Below, piece after piece: positions 61,632 through 64,000 of a stretch of DNA of 64,000 bases. How positions within the stretch are numbered: the stretch's first letter is position 1; every line of letters starts with the position of its first letter. The translations under genes were made by a program, and so were the position numbers. Source of the stretch: an uncultured Acidobacteriaceae bacterium (lineage in GTDB: Bacteria > Acidobacteriota > Terriglobia > Terriglobales > Acidobacteriaceae); assembly GCA_963742455.1 (NCBI GenBank), contig CAVULU010000008.1, positions 10,593 to 74,592 on the forward strand, given 5' to 3'. The notes beneath the pieces are model-generated. The model was not told where the DNA came from and did not search any database. It saw nothing but the letters and a program-made list of their open reading frames with translations.

Positions 61632-63332
61632 ATGTGCAGGTCTGGATTCGTCCCCATCCATCTCGCGGCGCTGGCGCTTGTCTCGTGGGCTTTCTGCGGC
61701 GTCCTGCAATGCCAGCAAACAGCGAAGTCCGGCCAGTCCCCCGCCCCGATTCAATTCGATCTCAAGAATCTGCCTTTTCAACTGGACAGTAGCCTCAGCG
61801 CAGCCAAGAACGTCCCGGAAACCATGGCGGGCGGAGTCGCCGTCTTCGACTACAACGGTGATGGCCGTCCCGATATCTTCTTCACCAACGGCGCCGATAT
61901 CGCAACCCTGCAGAAGTCCTCGCCGAAATATTACAACCGTCTCTTCCGCAACAATGGCGACGGCACCTTCACTGACGTGACAGAGCAAGCCGGACTGAGA
62001 GGCACCGGATTCGATGTCGGTGTTGCTATCGGCGACTACGACAACGATGGCCACCCCGACATCTTCGTTGCCGGCGTACACGGCAACACGCTCTATCACA
62101 ACAACGGCGACGGGACCTTCAGCGATGTGACCAAGAAAGCCGGCCTCGACAAGTGGAACGATCCGGAATATGGCCCGCTGTGGGCAGTTGCCGCCGTCTG
62201 GGTCGACGTGAACAACGACGGGCTACTCGACCTGTTCATCGTCAACTATCTGCAGTGGACTTATTCGAATATTCCAAAGTGCGTCATTGAGGGAGTGGCG
62301 GAATACTGTCATCCCCGTTACTACAAGGGACTTCCCGATCAACTCTTTCTCAACCAGGGAGATGGGACTTTCAAGGATGTTTCCAAGGAGTGGGGCATAC
62401 GCGATCACATAGGCAAGGGCATGGGCGTGGGGATGGCGGATTATGATCTCGACGGCAAACCCGATCTCTTCGTGACCAACGATGCAGAGTATGCGTTTCT
62501 TTTTCACAACCTCGGCAACAAATTCGAAGAGGTCGCATTCCAGACCAATGTCGCTCTGGCCGAAGATGCCGCATTCATCTCCGGCATGGGCACCGATTTC
62601 CGCGACATCAACAACGATGGATTCCCCGATATCATCTACGTCGCACTCAAGAGCCAGACGTTTCCCATCTATCTCAACACCGGCAAAGGCGACTTCGCCG
62701 AGGCCACAGCGCCCAGCGGCATGCGTAACCTCAGCCTGGGCATGTCGGGCTTTGGCCCGGCTTTCTACGACTTTGACAACGACGGTTGGAAGGATCTCTT
62801 CGTCACGCGCGGGCAGGTCACTTCAGTCTGGCCACCGGGCTACAAGTTCGCTGAACCCAACGTTGTCTTCCGCAATCTCGGCGCCAGTGGCAAATGGCAG
62901 GCACTCGCCGCTGAGGCAGGATTTACCGACGCTACCGCAGCGCGTCATCGCGGCTGCGCATTCGGCGATTTCGACGGCAACGGCCGCATCGACATTGTTG
63001 CCACCAGCCTCGATAAACCGGCGGAGCTATGGATGAACCGCAGCCCCAACGCCGGCCACTGGCTCGATATTGCTCTGCGCGGCGTCAAATCGAATCGAGA
63101 TGGAATCGGCGCGCGGATCAAAGTCGTAACCAATGCTGGAACGCAGTACAACCACCAGACATCCAGCGTCTGCTATGCATCTTCAACCCTTGGGCCAGTG
63201 CACTTTGGACTCGGCGCGGACACGAAGGCTAAGATTGTTGAAATTCATTGGCCAAGCGGCATTGTTCAAACACTAGAGAATGTTGCGGCGGATCAGATTT
63301 TAAAAGTTACCGAGCCAGCGGCCTCCAAATAG
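61632..63332 (+). CDS. CRTAC1-family protein (7 FG-GAP repeats + ASPIC/UnbV), Sec-type signal
   Basis: PETMAGG; seven DxD/NxDG loops; NRDGIGARI...HFGLG..WPSG..Q C-terminus. Alternative GTG start at 61599. Confidence 0.88.
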   Translation: MCRSGFVPIHLAALALVSWAFCGVLQCQQTAKSGQSPAPIQFDLKNLPFQLDSSLSAAKNVPETMAGGVAVFDYNGDGRPDIFFTNGADIATLQKSSPKYYNRLFRNNGDGTFTDVTEQAGLRGTGFDVGVAIGDYDNDGHPDIFVAGVHGNTLYHNNGDGTFSDVTKKAGLDKWNDPEYGPLWAVAAVWVDVNNDGLLDLFIVNYLQWTYSNIPKCVIEGVAEYCHPRYYKGLPDQLFLNQGDGTFKDVSKEWGIRDHIGKGMGVGMADYDLDGKPDLFVTNDAEYAFLFHNLGNKFEEVAFQTNVALAEDAAFISGMGTDFRDINNDGFPDIIYVALKSQTFPIYLNTGKGDFAEATAPSGMRNLSLGMSGFGPAFYDFDNDGWKDLFVTRGQVTSVWPPGYKFAEPNVVFRNLGASGKWQALAAEAGFTDATAARHRGCAFGDFDGNGRIDIVATSLDKPAELWMNRSPNAGHWLDIALRGVKSNRDGIGARIKVVTNAGTQYNHQTSSVCYASSTLGPVHFGLGADTKAKIVEIHWPSGIVQTLENVAADQILKVTEPAASK

Positions 63333-63335
63333 GAA

Positions 63336-64000
63336 TTACTGCTTCGCCGGGCCGGCCTTCTGCTGCGCGGCCTCAAGCTGCTTCACAATGTCGCGTTCTC
63401 GCTGTCCGTCATCCGGACGATGGAGCTTGTAGTAGATCGGCGCGAGCTCAATGTGAGGATCAAGCCAATTGGGATCAGCCTTCTCCAGTTCTTCCAAGGT
63501 CGCAGCAGCTTCGGCATATTTTCCAGTCATGGCATTCAACTTTGCGATTTCCAGCCGCGCCATGGCCGAATTTGGCTGCAGTTGCAGCGCAAGCTCCAGC
63601 ATCGGTCTTGCGCTATCCATATCCCTCTGCTTAAGCCGCATAGTTCCGAGGTAGAGATTTGCGGTATAGTCCCGCGGGTCCGCCTTCAACGCTTGCTCGA
63701 ATGCAGTCTGTGCGGCATCCGTGTCTCCCAAAGCATCACGCGCTTGACCGGCCATCGTATACAGACCGGGAAAATCTCCGTGCAGATTTATCGCGGCGTC
63801 AAGATCGGCGCGTGCCTCGTGAAATTCCCGGCGCCGCAGCCGCGTCGTTCCCGCTACGAAGTAGGCGTCAGCCGATTGGGTTGCCTTAGCCATCTTCTCC
63901 ATGCGCGCCAAGCCGGATGTCTCTTCCCCGGAATCGATCAATGCATAGGCCAGCACGTACTCGAGGTCCATGTTGCTTTCGTGCCCAGTTTCGAGCGGCG
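63336..64000 (-). CDS. TPR protein, 5'-truncated by the window edge; paralog of 60417-61532
   Basis: PGLYTMAGQAR, ANLYLGT, LELALQL.P, ARLEIAKLN, DP.WL.PH.ELA..YYKL are shared with the 60417-61532 product; the frame is open to the window end. Confidence 0.85.
   Translation of the reverse strand, partial: PLETGHESNMDLEYVLAYALIDSGEETSGLARMEKMAKATQSADAYFVAGTTRLRRREFHEARADLDAAINLHGDFPGLYTMAGQARDALGDTDAAQTAFEQALKADPRDYTANLYLGTMRLKQRDMDSARPMLELALQLQPNSAMARLEIAKLNAMTGKYAEAAATLEELEKADPNWLDPHIELAPIYYKLHRPDDGQRERDIVKQLEAAQQKAGPAKQ

Noticed and set aside
61533-62099. Long N-terminal extension of the 60417-62099 ORF, and the similar ORF 51610-52380
   Set aside because: These are antisense shadows of FG-GAP repeats (the recurring 'VAIVVVVADS' pattern). 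The real TPR starts at ATG 61532 with a signal peptide.

Overview
A 64-kb, gene-dense, moderately GC-rich bacterial window. Gene content points to Acidobacteriota (Terriglobia): an ADOP-type permease, a carboxypeptidase-regulatory-domain TonB-dependent receptor, DUF3857 and CRTAC1 proteins; this is inferred from recognised families, not from a database search. 0-24 kb is mostly housekeeping and metabolic (ABC ATPase, argJ, degenerate E1-alpha-like protein, Wzi, ADOP, pgsA, Nudix, frameshifted 7TM-SpoIIE phosphatase, gdh, REC-EAL, serine hydrolase, trpE, FNT, trpG, acyP, apt, arylsulfatase). 24.5-35.5 kb is a candidate nitrogen-scavenging and signalling module: a pump-less KdpD/KdpE-like pair, divergent from porin - APC permease - PP2C - Ser/Thr kinase - glnII - glnA-like, with phased KdpE-type boxes upstream of the porin. 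35.6-43.3 kb holds two paralogous secreted TolB/PD40-like propellers, each with one CxxCH, plus TPR and DUF3857 genes. 43.5-50 kb holds an AAA+/VWA pair, a BKACE-Rieske-CMD set and a YpfJ-like metallopeptidase. 50-64 kb is an envelope cluster: TonB-dependent receptor, four TPR proteins, two FG-GAP/ASPIC-UnbV (CRTAC1) propellers and a 7-CxxCH cytochrome c. The best candidates for undescribed systems are this TBDR-TPR-CRTAC1-multiheme locus (tied to the heme-motif propellers by a shared C-x33-C TPR family) and the Kdp-like nitrogen module. I saw no tRNA, rRNA, CRISPR array, transposase or integrase. All family calls come from reading motifs by eye.
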